Of a stretch of DNA of 64,000 nucleotides, positions 36,966 to 47,241 are shown piece after piece. The position numbers and the translations under genes are program-made. Under the pieces are notes generated by a model. That model did not search any database, was not told where the DNA came from, and saw only the letters and a program-made list of their open reading frames with translations. Position 1 is the stretch's first letter; the number at the start of each line of letters is the position of its first letter. The stretch is from assembly GCA_963841015.1 (NCBI GenBank), contig CAWJAX010000003.1, positions 800,001-864,000 of the forward strand, read 5' to 3'. The DNA comes from an uncultured Methanoregulaceae archaeon (GTDB lineage Archaea; Halobacteriota; Methanomicrobia; Methanomicrobiales; Methanospirillaceae).

Positions 36966-37928
36966 ATGTATTATCCGAATTTCAAGGACACAATCGCAGC
37001 ATCACCCTATATTTTCATCCTGGGTGTAGCTGGTGACAGTGGATCAGGAAAGACTACGTTTACCGAAGGTATTCGGAGCATCTTCGGACCAGACCTTGTG
37101 TCCACCCTTACTCTTGATGATTATCACAGTCTCGACCGTGAAGGACGCAGGAAGCAGGGACTGACCGCTCTAAATCCAAAGGCAAACCGGATTGATCAGC
37201 TCGAACAGGATCTTGTCCAGCTGAAAAGCGGGGAACCGGTCGAAAAGCCGGTCTATAATCATACAAACGGAGTATTTGACCCGCCGGTCATCTTTCATCC
37301 GAAAAAAATCCTCATCCTCGAAGGACTTCACACGCTGTTCACCCCTGCGCTGCGTAAATACCTGGATTTTACCCTTTTTGTAGATCCAGCCAAAGAGGTA
37401 AAAACTGACTGGAAGATCCTTCGCGATATGAAAATACGTGGTTATTCCCGTGATGCTGTCATCAAGGAGATAGCCGAAAGGGAACCGGATTACAAGCGCT
37501 ACATCGCTCCCCAAAAAGAGTTTGCTGATGCAGTTATAGGCATTGATTATTCAGAATACGGTCGGCACCTTGGGAAGGAGAGAAATGTTTATCGTATCAC
37601 GCTCTCCCAGAACAGGATGAAACATTCTATTGAGAACATTGATCTCTCCCTTGACCTGTACTCTATCCTGTCCCTTTCAGAGCGAAACTTCTCCCTGAAA
37701 TTTCTTACGAGCGAACATAATGGTCACAAGATGGGAGAGATGATTATGGATGGTGAACTAAGTGAACATGTGGTGAAAAAGCTCGAACTCAGCATCGAGC
37801 AGCAGACCCGGGTTCACCCCATTTCCATCTTTAGAAACCGGAAATACATCACGGCCGGGGATCTTGCACAACTGATTCTCTGCTGGCGCATTATCCACCG
37901 CCGGATATTTATTGAATCACGACAGTAA
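36966..37928 (+). CDS. prk: Phosphoribulokinase (archaeal PRK)
   Basis: GVAGDSGSGKTTF, LDDYHSLDR..R, KPVYNH..G, EGLH, WKI.RD..RG, YIAPQK. Confidence 0.85.
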   Translation: MYYPNFKDTIAASPYIFILGVAGDSGSGKTTFTEGIRSIFGPDLVSTLTLDDYHSLDREGRRKQGLTALNPKANRIDQLEQDLVQLKSGEPVEKPVYNHTNGVFDPPVIFHPKKILILEGLHTLFTPALRKYLDFTLFVDPAKEVKTDWKILRDMKIRGYSRDAVIKEIAEREPDYKRYIAPQKEFADAVIGIDYSEYGRHLGKERNVYRITLSQNRMKHSIENIDLSLDLYSILSLSERNFSLKFLTSEHNGHKMGEMIMDGELSEHVVKKLELSIEQQTRVHPISIFRNRKYITAGDLAQLILCWRIIHRRIFIESRQ

Positions 37929-37989
37929 TCGTATTTTTGTACTAAAATATATCGGAACGAGAACTTTTCAACCAAGGAAAGACTACTCC

Positions 37990-39030
37990 ATGAAAAAGAT
38001 TGCAGTCATGACAGGAGGGGGAGATTGCCCTGGACTCAACGCGGTAATAAGGGCGGTAGTACGATCGGGTTTGAGCTATGATATTGATACACTGGGAATA
38101 CACGACGGTTGGCAGGGACTTATTGAAGGCAACCTTGAAACGCTCACCGAGGCATCGGTTTCCGGTATCACATCTATGGGGGGCACTATCCTTGGCACAT
38201 CACGGACAGATCCGCTCAAAAAACCCGGCGATTTGGAAAAGATCAGAGATGCAATAAAAAAACATAGTATCGAAGCCCTTGTGGTCATAGGGGGAAACGG
38301 GACGCTCTCCGCAGCGTATGAATTAACCTCAAGGGGCATCCCACTCATCGGTGTACCAAAAACCATAGATAACGATATTTTCGGTACTGATCTGGCTGTT
38401 GGTTTTGACACTGCAGTCTCTACAGTAACCGAAGCCATAGACCGGCTTCACACAACTGCGGAATCACATCACCGGATCATGGTGGTTGAGACTATGGGAC
38501 GTAGTGTGGGTTGGATCGCATTAATGGCGGGTATTGCGGGAGGAGCAGACATGATCCTGATTCCGGAGATACGATTCACCATGGAAAATGTTTGCAAAGA
38601 TCTCAAAGCCCGTTATATGACAGGAAAAAAATTCTCCATTGTGGTAGTGGCCGAAGGGACACATCATGAGGATATCGCAGGTATGGCAGTTCCCGAATGT
38701 AATCGCGATGAATGCGGGCATGAGAAATTTGTCGGCGTGGGGAACCTTCTCGGAAAGGAACTCGAAAAACGGCTCAGTATTGAAACCCGGGTAACTGTTC
38801 TGGGCCATGTCCAGCGTGGAGGTATGCCCACCTCATTCGACAGGATCCTCGCTACGCGATTCGGGGTCTCAGCAATTGAGCAGATTGTTGCAAACAACTT
38901 CGGTTGCATGGTTGCCCTGCAGGGTAACCGTATTGTAACTGTACCACTCAGAGATGTTGCATCGCGGGTTAATGGGGTAAATCATGGTCTCTATTTTCAT
39001 GCAAAAAGAGTAATGAACGCGAGGGGATAA
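37990..39030 (+). CDS. pfkA: PfkA-family 6-phosphofructokinase
   Basis: TGGGDCPGLNAVIR, GGTILGTSR, GGNGT, PKTIDND, ETMGR, LGHVQRGG. Confidence 0.9.
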   Translation: MKKIAVMTGGGDCPGLNAVIRAVVRSGLSYDIDTLGIHDGWQGLIEGNLETLTEASVSGITSMGGTILGTSRTDPLKKPGDLEKIRDAIKKHSIEALVVIGGNGTLSAAYELTSRGIPLIGVPKTIDNDIFGTDLAVGFDTAVSTVTEAIDRLHTTAESHHRIMVVETMGRSVGWIALMAGIAGGADMILIPEIRFTMENVCKDLKARYMTGKKFSIVVVAEGTHHEDIAGMAVPECNRDECGHEKFVGVGNLLGKELEKRLSIETRVTVLGHVQRGGMPTSFDRILATRFGVSAIEQIVANNFGCMVALQGNRIVTVPLRDVASRVNGVNHGLYFHAKRVMNARG

Positions 39031-39060
39031 ATCCTCAATTCCTCAAGCTTGATGAGATGT

Positions 39061-40353
39061 TCAGATATGCAGCAGATAGGGCAATGCGATGAGGGAAACC
39101 AGCACAACAAGCATGAGATAGCTGACAGCACCGGTAACATAACTTGAATATTTCAGAAGCCCGCGACGATCGAGCAGCCGGTCAACACCTTCTTTAAAGA
39201 TATACCCGCCATCGAGCGGGACCATCGGGATAGCATTGAATATTCCAACATTGATATTGATCCAGGCGCACCAGAAGAGCAGGTGTATAATACCCCAGAA
39301 GCCCTCAAAGGGGACTTTATAGTAGACGGTGTCAGGTGTTTCAAATGCAAGAATCCGGAGGAACTGAATACCGGAATCATTTGCGAAGGGGATGATCAGG
39401 AACTGGAAAAAACCCAGGGGCGATAACATTCCCTGAACAACTGCCATAACTGCTGTACCATCATAATACTCAACACCCATGAATCCACTCGTCCTGTCGG
39501 GGATATCCCCAGGCCAGGCCGAAAGGGTGAGCTGGTAGTCCTTCACAATTTTATCTTTTTCCACCGTGAGAGTCAGCGTGTTTCCGGGTTTTGTTGTATT
39601 CAGGATAGCTGAAACATCAACCCTGCTGGTAACCGGAATTCCATTTACTGCGGTAACTATCGAACCTGGGGGAATTCCGGCGCCGGCTGCAGGATAATCC
39701 TTATAGACTCCCTGAATGACCGGCTGACTGACAGGAGTGACCAGTCCCATGAAGAGGATCAGGAGGATAAAACAGGAAAAACCGACGACAAGATTATTGG
39801 TGATCCCGGCACCGAACATGCGGACCTTGGCCATTCCTTTGGTCTTATCAAGTTCTTCTTCATCGGGCTCAACAAAAAATCCAATAGGAATTACGGCGAT
39901 GAGCGCCCCCATGGTCTTTACTTTGATATTCTCAACGCGACAGAGAATCGCGTGCCCGAATTCATGAACGCCAATGGTGATGATAAATGCAAGCCAGACC
40001 GCAAGGGTTGAGGGAACGTACTCGTTGATACCAGGGAGAAGCAGGATATTCTGCGGTTTATAGATCCCGGTAGGTTCCGGTTGGACGAGGAGTGTATAGC
40101 GGACAGAGACAAAAAGCATAACGGTAATGAAGACCGAAACGATGATGACGGCGATAACGCCGGCCGTCCCATAGATCCGGAAGAACGTGCGGAATGCGGC
40201 AAATTTGTCAAAAAATCCGACTCTGTTCGTTTTGAGCGCAAGAATCGGGCCATAGAAAGTTATGTGATCCTCCCAGAGTTTCCGGGAGTGGATATAGAAT
40301 GCTATCGCAGCGTAAGCAGCGATAAGAAAAATGATCAGGAGGATCCAGTTCAT
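39061..40353 (-). CDS. Site-2 protease (M50) with a PDZ domain
   Basis: HEFGH, FVEPDEE, NAIPMVPLDGG; central PDZ-like segment. Confidence 0.92.
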   Translation of the reverse strand: MNWILLIIFLIAAYAAIAFYIHSRKLWEDHITFYGPILALKTNRVGFFDKFAAFRTFFRIYGTAGVIAVIIVSVFITVMLFVSVRYTLLVQPEPTGIYKPQNILLLPGINEYVPSTLAVWLAFIITIGVHEFGHAILCRVENIKVKTMGALIAVIPIGFFVEPDEEELDKTKGMAKVRMFGAGITNNLVVGFSCFILLILFMGLVTPVSQPVIQGVYKDYPAAGAGIPPGSIVTAVNGIPVTSRVDVSAILNTTKPGNTLTLTVEKDKIVKDYQLTLSAWPGDIPDRTSGFMGVEYYDGTAVMAVVQGMLSPLGFFQFLIIPFANDSGIQFLRILAFETPDTVYYKVPFEGFWGIIHLLFWCAWININVGIFNAIPMVPLDGGYIFKEGVDRLLDRRGLLKYSSYVTGAVSYLMLVVLVSLIALPYLLHI

Positions 40354-40423
40354 TCGTTATTCATTGCATTGCAGGCCACATAAAACAATGGCTCATAGCA
40401 GTCAGACGGGATGGGAGAAGAGA

Positions 40424-41065
40424 TCAGAAAAATTGTGAGAGCTGGCTCTGCTGTTTTTTTCCGAGCATGGCAGTGACGGTCTTCCAGCTTTTCCTTGCAA
40501 TGGGCGGGGGACATTTGTGCTCATCGATATATGCGGAAAGGAATGCAATGGTGACCGGATCCGAAGGATACCCGCTTCCGATCTCCCCGTACTTTTTAGA
40601 AAGGGCAGTAATCGCCCGGTCGCGGGTAACTTTTGCGACGATGCTTGCAGCAGAGACTACTTTATACGTCTGATCTGCGTTGTGCTCGGATACGACCTCG
40701 CAGCTCGTTTCAAGATGACTTTTCACCATGTCTGCATAGCGGAATGCGTTTACATCGCAGGCATCAACATACGCGATTGCCGGTGAAAGCTTGTCTATGG
40801 CCTGTGCATGCGCCCTGGCAACGCAGGCATTCATGGTCATTCCCGTGCGGATCTCATCAATCTCGTGCGCGTCAATGCGTATTGTTGCCACCCGGAAGCG
40901 CTTCCTGATAGTGATATAAAGATGTTCCCGTACCTTAGGGGATAGCAGCTTTGAGTCAGCCACTTCAACTTCGGCAAATACATTCTCAGAGGATACTCCC
41001 ACAGCAGCGATAACCATCGGGCCCAGCACAGATCCCTTTCCTGCCTCATCCACCCCACAGATCAC
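40424..41065 (-). CDS. rnhB: Ribonuclease HII
   Basis: GVDEAGKG, DSK, AASIVAKV.RD, GSGYPSDP. Confidence 0.96.
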   Translation of the reverse strand: MICGVDEAGKGSVLGPMVIAAVGVSSENVFAEVEVADSKLLSPKVREHLYITIRKRFRVATIRIDAHEIDEIRTGMTMNACVARAHAQAIDKLSPAIAYVDACDVNAFRYADMVKSHLETSCEVVSEHNADQTYKVVSAASIVAKVTRDRAITALSKKYGEIGSGYPSDPVTIAFLSAYIDEHKCPPPIARKSWKTVTAMLGKKQQSQLSQFF

Positions 41066-41119
41066 ATGGATTGGTTATTGCGCAAATTATTTCAATGCCG
41101 ATGATGGTAACCGGTAGTC

Positions 41120-41788
41120 ATGTATATTATCATCGTGGGGCTCGGAGGAATCGGCAAAAACCTGGCAAAACAGGCGGTGGAACATGCAAACAATGTTGTT
41201 GTTATTGATCAGGACGAAAGCCGTTGTAGCGACGTTCTCGAGCATTATGATGTACTGGCAGTGACCGGCAATGCAACCGACAAAACTACCCTTGAGGAAG
41301 CCGGGATTGATCGGGCAGATGCCCTGATTGCAACCACAAGTGATGATTCGGTCAACCTTATGACCTGCTGGCTTGCAAAAAAGTTCCGTGTTCAAAATGT
41401 AGTTTCTATCGTCAACCAGTCCTCACACTCGGATTTTTTTAAGGAAGTCGGGGTCAGGATAAGCGAGAACCCTGACGAGCTTGTTGCGTCACGCCTCTAC
41501 TACTGGACGCAGAACCCCCAGCTCCAGCAGCTTGCCTCAATCCCTGGTGGAACCATCTTCGATATCGTCGCCGAGCAGGGTGCTCCCATTGTCGGGCACG
41601 AAATCCGTGAGCTGAAAGTAAAAGATTTCGTGTTCATCGCAATCCGCAGATCCGGGGGCGAACTGATCATTCCAAGTGGCAATGTCAGAATCCAGCCCAA
41701 TGATATCTTCACGGTTTTCACGAAAAAAGAGGCTGAAGATGATTGCCTCCGTCTCCTCAACAGGCAACTAAAAAAATCAGCGGATTGA
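41120..41788 (+). CDS. trkA: TrkA-family potassium uptake regulatory (RCK) protein
   Basis: IIVGLGGIG Rossmann motif, GNATD..LEEAGI..AD, C-terminal TrkA-C domain. Confidence 0.88.
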   Translation: MYIIIVGLGGIGKNLAKQAVEHANNVVVIDQDESRCSDVLEHYDVLAVTGNATDKTTLEEAGIDRADALIATTSDDSVNLMTCWLAKKFRVQNVVSIVNQSSHSDFFKEVGVRISENPDELVASRLYYWTQNPQLQQLASIPGGTIFDIVAEQGAPIVGHEIRELKVKDFVFIAIRRSGGELIIPSGNVRIQPNDIFTVFTKKEAEDDCLRLLNRQLKKSAD

Positions 41789-42973
41789 TGCTGCGAGCGC
41801 GCCCAGATCGAGCATCAGTTTCGGGTTCACCCGGATTATTTCTGTTAATAAAGACAGGGTTGTGAACTCTTTAAGATTCACTTTTGATACGGAGTGAATA
41901 ATGTCGTTCAGTTTGTCATCGGGTTGTTTGATCAAATATTCCTTAATATGGTAGTTACGCTCGATGGTTTTCCCCATTTTTGATGCCCGCCATGTTGTGT
42001 CATATACCATAAGCTCCTTTTTCGAAACGTCTCCTTTCCCGATACATTCCGCAGCTACCTGAGCAGCAAGTCTTCCGGTATACATACTGTTGTAGATCCC
42101 ACCACCGGTGAGCGGGTCTACGACACGGGCTGCATCACCGGCAATTATGAGACCATTCGCAACCGTACAGTCAAGAGGCTTGCAGACGGATACACCACCG
42201 GCAATACATTCGATAAATTTCCCCTGAGGAAAGGTCTTTTTAACAAACCTGTCAAGGTAGTCTTTCGCCCGGTGACCTTCCCCGCTTTTTTTGCCGGAGA
42301 TCCCTACCCCGACATTTGCGGACCGTTCGCCCTTCGGAAAAACCCAGAGGTATCCCTGGGGTGCAATTTCGTTGCCCAGATAAAAGACGGTTGAGTGCTG
42401 ATCGATATCGATATCAGCCATCACATACTGGGCAGAGCTCATAATTTCACGGACAGGTACGGTGGTATCAATACCACACCATTTTGAGAATTTTGATTCA
42501 ACACCATCAGCAGCAATGACCACGTCAGCAGTAACATTCGATACTGTCCCACAGCACTCAATCTTTGCCCCTCTGACAAATCCATTTTCCATAATCGGGG
42601 CTGATGCACGGGTCTTGACTATAACATCCGCCCCGGCATCGGCCGCTTTCCAGACCAGCTCACGGTCAAAGAACTTTCGGTCAAGGATATATCCGACTTT
42701 GTTGCCTGCGAGCCCGGATTCGAGTTTCATTAAAAAACCATCGGGAGCTACGATGCTCGCCCCGGTCATCTCGACTGAGATACATTTTGGGTCGGGATCC
42801 ATGAACTCATGAAGGGCTTCTTTCCCGATTCCCTCGGCACAGCGGATGGGGACACCAATTGCCGGACGCTTTTCGACCAGACATGCAGAGAGTCCCTTCT
42901 CAACGGCAGTTTTGGCGGCAAGCGCACCTGCCGGACCTCCCCCGATGACCAAAACATCGTACTTATTTTTCAT
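41777..42973 (-). CDS. Digeranylgeranylglycerophospholipid reductase (geranylgeranyl reductase family)
   Basis: [40 protein letters not shown]; start MKNKY at 42973. Confidence 0.9.
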   Translation of the reverse strand: MKNKYDVLVIGGGPAGALAAKTAVEKGLSACLVEKRPAIGVPIRCAEGIGKEALHEFMDPDPKCISVEMTGASIVAPDGFLMKLESGLAGNKVGYILDRKFFDRELVWKAADAGADVIVKTRASAPIMENGFVRGAKIECCGTVSNVTADVVIAADGVESKFSKWCGIDTTVPVREIMSSAQYVMADIDIDQHSTVFYLGNEIAPQGYLWVFPKGERSANVGVGISGKKSGEGHRAKDYLDRFVKKTFPQGKFIECIAGGVSVCKPLDCTVANGLIIAGDAARVVDPLTGGGIYNSMYTGRLAAQVAAECIGKGDVSKKELMVYDTTWRASKMGKTIERNYHIKEYLIKQPDDKLNDIIHSVSKVNLKEFTTLSLLTEIIRVNPKLMLDLGALAASIR

Positions 42974-43139
42974 GCACGACCTCCAGAGCACCCAGAGGGC
43001 AGACTTTTGCACAGATACCACAGCTCGTGCAATTTTTCTCAACGCAGAGGTATGCGTCAATCAGTTCAAGGGCGCCTTCCGGGCAGACTGACACACAACA
43101 ACCGCAATATCCACAGATATCCCGATGTACTTTGAGCAT
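42963..43139 (-). CDS. 2x[4Fe-4S] ferredoxin (58 aa, absent from the ORF track)
   Basis: [58 protein letters not shown]; overlaps the reductase start. Confidence 0.92.
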   Translation of the reverse strand: MLKVHRDICGYCGCCVSVCPEGALELIDAYLCVEKNCTSCGICAKVCPLGALEVVHEK

Positions 43140-43217
43140 TGACTAATCATGTTGTTGTTCTGTTTCATTAATATTTACGATTAGATGCCTTGATGCAATC
43201 CCCTGTTGTGCAGGACA

Positions 43218-44339
43218 TCAGACGAGCGAGAAGGTACCGTACTTCCCACCGCCGCCCGGGTGCAGAGTGACATGCCCGCTCCGCAGGGCTTCAATGGCAT
43301 CTGAGGTTTCAGCATGGATGGTGCGGATTTCAGGAATCGGGGCATTGATTAGCACCTCAATCTCATTGCCAAACGTGCTGATAAAGCACTCATAAAGGGA
43401 CCTGCACTTCCTGGTGTGCGGAGATGAGACCCCCATCACGGTCTGGATGATCTGGCCGAGGGGAATAATATGGAGATAGGGGGGACGTTTCCCGGGTTTA
43501 CCACCGGAAGCCAGCTCGTGCGCCCGGTCATACACACCTTTCTTGATGATGCCCCCATCAGCGGGGCACCGCCAGTTCTGCCGGATTGCCAGTTCCGGTG
43601 AATACTGGGTAAAGCATCGGGTGCAGGCCGTCCTGTTATATTTTCCTTCCTCCGGAAAGAACCCGGCGTTCATCTCAATGGCCCCGTTCCTGATGCACGC
43701 CATTACATCTTTGGGGGATAGATTCGCAATCTGAAGTCGGTTGAATTCCCTGCCGATCTTATCCGTTTGCGGACTATGAGCATCCGAATTTGAAAGGAAC
43801 GGCACATTGTAGAGATCCGGAATCGCTGCACCGTACGAGCTGTCTGCTGAGAGACCGAGTTCCAGAAAGTCGATCGACTGGCTGCCATAGCAATCCGCAA
43901 CGCGATCAAAATACGCGTACATCGCTGTCCACGGAGTAAACGCATGTGCCGGGCCGATCATTGCCCCGACTTCATGCACATATTCTGCGATTTTCTCTCC
44001 TGACAGGTAGACATGCGGGCGACCACTGGTGAGAAAACTTTTGCATGTTCCTTCTAAGAGTCCCTGCAGTTCATTGAACTGTGAGAAATCCTCTGCCAAT
44101 ATCAGGTGATGAACCCGGTGTTCGTCTTCAACTTCGCTGGTCGGGAGGATCAAAGTGCCGGCATCATTCTCAAGAAACGGTTCCCAGGTTTTCCGCCATA
44201 CCGGATGGAGCGCGTCACCAGTGCCGAGAATATGGATACCTTTTGTCAGGCAGGCTGATAGCAGGTGCTCCGGTTGCATAAAGCGGGAGACAGCCATCGA
44301 ATACGGAGAGTGTATATGCAGGTCGGCATTTGCTAGCAT
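43218..44339 (-). CDS. endoQ: Endonuclease Q (PHP family, TIGR00375-like)
   Basis: ADLHIHS.YS, GTGDALHP, PAHAFTPW, ELGLSAD, NSDAHS, GKY..TAC, GGGGKYG. Confidence 0.88.
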   Translation of the reverse strand: MLANADLHIHSPYSMAVSRFMQPEHLLSACLTKGIHILGTGDALHPVWRKTWEPFLENDAGTLILPTSEVEDEHRVHHLILAEDFSQFNELQGLLEGTCKSFLTSGRPHVYLSGEKIAEYVHEVGAMIGPAHAFTPWTAMYAYFDRVADCYGSQSIDFLELGLSADSSYGAAIPDLYNVPFLSNSDAHSPQTDKIGREFNRLQIANLSPKDVMACIRNGAIEMNAGFFPEEGKYNRTACTRCFTQYSPELAIRQNWRCPADGGIIKKGVYDRAHELASGGKPGKRPPYLHIIPLGQIIQTVMGVSSPHTRKCRSLYECFISTFGNEIEVLINAPIPEIRTIHAETSDAIEALRSGHVTLHPGGGGKYGTFSLV

Positions 44340-44340
44340 A

Positions 44341-45099
44341 TTAACCGATATAGCTCAGTTCTTCATCCTTTTGCAACTTGTTGCCTTCGACTAATCCTTC
44401 GATGACTTTTTCCATTTCAGAAGCACGGTCGTTGAGCTTTGTAGGATCGACCGGTACATCTATCAGTTTTGAGAGTGTTGTGAGAACGTTTGCCGCGCTC
44501 ATCGGGTCGACAAGATACCCGCTCGTTTCGCCCATCAGGCATGCTGCATCTATCCCGCGTTTTGCAGAAAGTCCGAGCATCAGTCCGGCTGCGCCGATGA
44601 TCCCGCCGCCGGGTTCATTCCGGTCAAACGTGACACCTGCCTCTTCGAGTTCCGGGCGGAGCTCCGCGCGGTTCACAGCTCCCAGCACCCTTGGCTCATT
44701 TACCAGGTGACCGACACCAAATCCACCAAGCGTGAAAATGCGTTGTACCTTCAGATCCTGTGCGATTTCGCAGTACTGGTCGGCAAGGAGATAGTGCCCT
44801 TCGTTTGAGGTACTCTGGTGATCACCGACGAGAAAAATGAGGTCTTTTCCTGGTGCCCGGTAAAAATAGAGTTCGTTTCGTGCCAACCGGGCAAGACCAT
44901 TTTCTTCAAGGATCACCTGTGGAGGAAAATAGATCGAATGGATCTCCCCTATCTTCTCTGCGCCAAGCATGTGGATCATATATTCGGCAACCAGTTTGCC
45001 CACCTGCCCGATTCCGGGGAGTCCTTCGATCATAACAGGATTGACAAGGTTCTTTTCCCTGAAACCATCGAGATAACCGACAGAGATCTCTTCAATCAT
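44341..45099 (-). CDS. Proteasome assembly chaperone (PAC2) family protein
   Basis: EGLPGIGQVGKL, FPPQV, TLGG, MGETSGYLVDP; conserved position downstream of nop10. Confidence 0.88.
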   Translation of the reverse strand: MIEEISVGYLDGFREKNLVNPVMIEGLPGIGQVGKLVAEYMIHMLGAEKIGEIHSIYFPPQVILEENGLARLARNELYFYRAPGKDLIFLVGDHQSTSNEGHYLLADQYCEIAQDLKVQRIFTLGGFGVGHLVNEPRVLGAVNRAELRPELEEAGVTFDRNEPGGGIIGAAGLMLGLSAKRGIDAACLMGETSGYLVDPMSAANVLTTLSKLIDVPVDPTKLNDRASEMEKVIEGLVEGNKLQKDEELSYIG

Positions 45100-45247
45100 T
45101 TTTTGCCAGCCTCCGGTATTTCCCATACCGATCCTCAAGAGAAAATCGTGCCGGGTGGGCAATCGCAGTCGGTTTGCCACATACAGGACATGTGGGAGAA
45201 AGGGTATAAATTCGATCTTCTGCGCAGTGACGGATGTGACCGCTCAT
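45092..45247 (-). CDS. nop10: H/ACA RNP protein Nop10 (51 aa, absent from the ORF track)
   Basis: MSGHIRHCAEDRIYTLSPTCPVCGKPTAIAHPARFSLEDRYGKYRRLAKND. Confidence 0.93.
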   Translation of the reverse strand: MSGHIRHCAEDRIYTLSPTCPVCGKPTAIAHPARFSLEDRYGKYRRLAKND

Positions 45248-46032
45248 TGACTCTTCCCGGACTTCGGTTTCTTGACAAGTTTACCTTCGCCGCCGGACTT
45301 TTCCATAACAGAGATCGCTGCATTGGCGGCTTTTTCAATTGCCTTCTCTGCCTTCTTATAATCTGGAGCGGTCACTTTGATTCTGTAGGTCGGCGCGCCA
45401 AGATACAGGATCTCAATATCAACTCCGGCAATTTTTGGTTCAGCACTTTTCAGTGCTTTTTTGATTACGGAGATTCCATCAGGCAGGGTTGAAGTGAGGT
45501 AAAGATGCCCCGTTACTTCGACTTTGGGGACTTTTACATTTTCCTGTGCAACATTCAGAAGAGTCTCGGCAGCCTTCTTTGAGAGATTCAGTTTTTTCAG
45601 GGTTGTTTCGCTGTCGATCACAAGATCTTCAAATACCGGATAGAAAGCCCCGTATTTACTGAAAATCTCGTTCTCAAGAGATTGAGCGGGTTCACCAGTC
45701 TGTTCTGCTACAAAACCCAGCCACTTCTGGGCTTTACTCTCGTTTTTCCATTCACGTATTTTCTCGCGGCGCTGGTGTTCGTTGACATCTTTTAAGGAAA
45801 GATCAATGTGACCACGAGTCCGGTCAACGTTGAGCACCTTACAGACAATCTTCTGTCCTTCACGAATGTGGTCGCGGATATACTTGATCCAGCCGGTTGC
45901 AATTTCAGAGATGGGGATGAGACCCTGGCGGCCACCGTACTCATCCAGAGATACAAATGCTACGAAGTCCTTGACATTCTGTACGGTGCATACAACCAGC
46001 TCCGATTCCTGTGGCCATTCTCTGTCCAGCAT
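45244..46032 (-). CDS. eif2a: Translation initiation factor 2 alpha subunit
   Basis: S1 domain with LDEY..IPISEIATGWIK, GHIDLSLK, GAPTYRI. Confidence 0.95.
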   Translation of the reverse strand: MLDREWPQESELVVCTVQNVKDFVAFVSLDEYGGRQGLIPISEIATGWIKYIRDHIREGQKIVCKVLNVDRTRGHIDLSLKDVNEHQRREKIREWKNESKAQKWLGFVAEQTGEPAQSLENEIFSKYGAFYPVFEDLVIDSETTLKKLNLSKKAAETLLNVAQENVKVPKVEVTGHLYLTSTLPDGISVIKKALKSAEPKIAGVDIEILYLGAPTYRIKVTAPDYKKAEKAIEKAANAAISVMEKSGGEGKLVKKPKSGKSQ

Positions 46033-46040
46033 GGGAAGTA

Positions 46041-46229
46041 TCACTTGAGCTCTGAGAGGATCTCAGCCCGGATACTTGCCTTTCCCCCGGTGGGAAGCGC
46101 AAGATCATGTCCGCAGACGATACACTTCACCAATGTACTTGCTTTTTCAAATACCGTCTGCTCGTTCTCACAGTCCGGACACTTTACTTTGAAAAATTTA
46201 CTTCGGTTTTCCCGAATCTCGCGTACCAT
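46041..46229 (-). CDS. rps27e: 30S ribosomal protein S27e
   Basis: SKFFKVKCPDCENEQTVF..CIVCG..PTGGKA. Confidence 0.96.
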   Translation of the reverse strand: MVREIRENRSKFFKVKCPDCENEQTVFEKASTLVKCIVCGHDLALPTGGKASIRAEILSELK

Positions 46230-46236
46230 TATACAC

Positions 46237-46515
46237 TCACTCCGTCAGCTCAAACTTTGCGACCCGGTAACCTTTGCGCAGATGTGCCTTTCCGCAGGTA
46301 ACACAGCGGTACCGCACATTTATCTTTTTGGTCGGCTTGTCGCCTCCAGGCACTTTTGAGAATTTTCCCATATTGCCTACTTTTCCTCTGCGGGCCTTCT
46401 GGCGATCAATCCAGTGAAGGCCGGTTGTCTTGCCTTTTTTTACCCTCTCGACCTCGTGCATCTGATGATTCCTGCAGTGAGGACAATAGGTGTTGAATTT
46501 TGCTGGCATTTTCAT
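46237..46515 (-). CDS. rpl44e: 50S ribosomal protein L44e
   Basis: [28 protein letters not shown]. Confidence 0.96.
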   Translation of the reverse strand: MKMPAKFNTYCPHCRNHQMHEVERVKKGKTTGLHWIDRQKARRGKVGNMGKFSKVPGGDKPTKKINVRYRCVTCGKAHLRKGYRVAKFELTE

Positions 46516-46553
46516 AAAATTTTCACCGATAATTTTGATATAGAATACCAATA

Positions 46554-47219
46554 TTATTTACAAAGATTCATATTTAAGACTATGTTGCGTTCACTTAAGA
46601 CCGCAGCATTCCGCTCAGGAAGCGTCACTATATCTCCCTTTGAAAGAGTATAAATCCTCCCATCAATCCCCATAAAGGATTCCATGTCCTCAAGTACCCG
46701 TACGAGTACACATTGTAGCGAGAGGGGTGCCTCTGTCTTTGGTGTTGCATGAAGGGTATCAGATAGACCCGAATCTTCGTCCTGCTCCATCCCGGGTTCG
46801 TCACTTTCGACTATTTCAGGTGTAACACTATTTTTTTGACGGTGGGGCACATTGTGAAGAAGGATTCCCTTGCACTGTTCAATACTGGCAGTGACTGTTT
46901 CAAACATTTCTTTCTCAACGGGGACCATCCGTTTCACTTCTTCGCGATCGTAATAATTACCTTCAGCATGCATGATGGTAAGCGCAAGAATTTTGCGCGA
47001 CCGTAGTGCAAAAAGCTCCCGGAGGGTCTCTTTTATCGCGAGTGTTTCCTCAATAAGGGAGCGGGCTTCTTCAGAGAGCGGGTCTTCAAAAGCGTACACT
47101 TTGCTAATCAGTGAGGCAAGTTCCGTATGCCCCTTGTCAAAGAGATCAGGGGCAACTGCGGTAAGTCTTCCCGTCTCCCGCTCTGAAAGCAGGATGATAC
47201 GCAAATCGTCCAACCCCAT
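46554..47219 (-). CDS. GINS complex protein (Gins51-like)
   Basis: C-terminal B-domain [30 protein letters not shown]; position downstream of priS. Confidence 0.75.
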   Translation of the reverse strand: MGLDDLRIILLSERETGRLTAVAPDLFDKGHTELASLISKVYAFEDPLSEEARSLIEETLAIKETLRELFALRSRKILALTIMHAEGNYYDREEVKRMVPVEKEMFETVTASIEQCKGILLHNVPHRQKNSVTPEIVESDEPGMEQDEDSGLSDTLHATPKTEAPLSLQCVLVRVLEDMESFMGIDGRIYTLSKGDIVTLPERNAAVLSERNIVLNMNLCK

Positions 47220-47241
47220 TGGCCCCACGTGTCTTCTCCTT

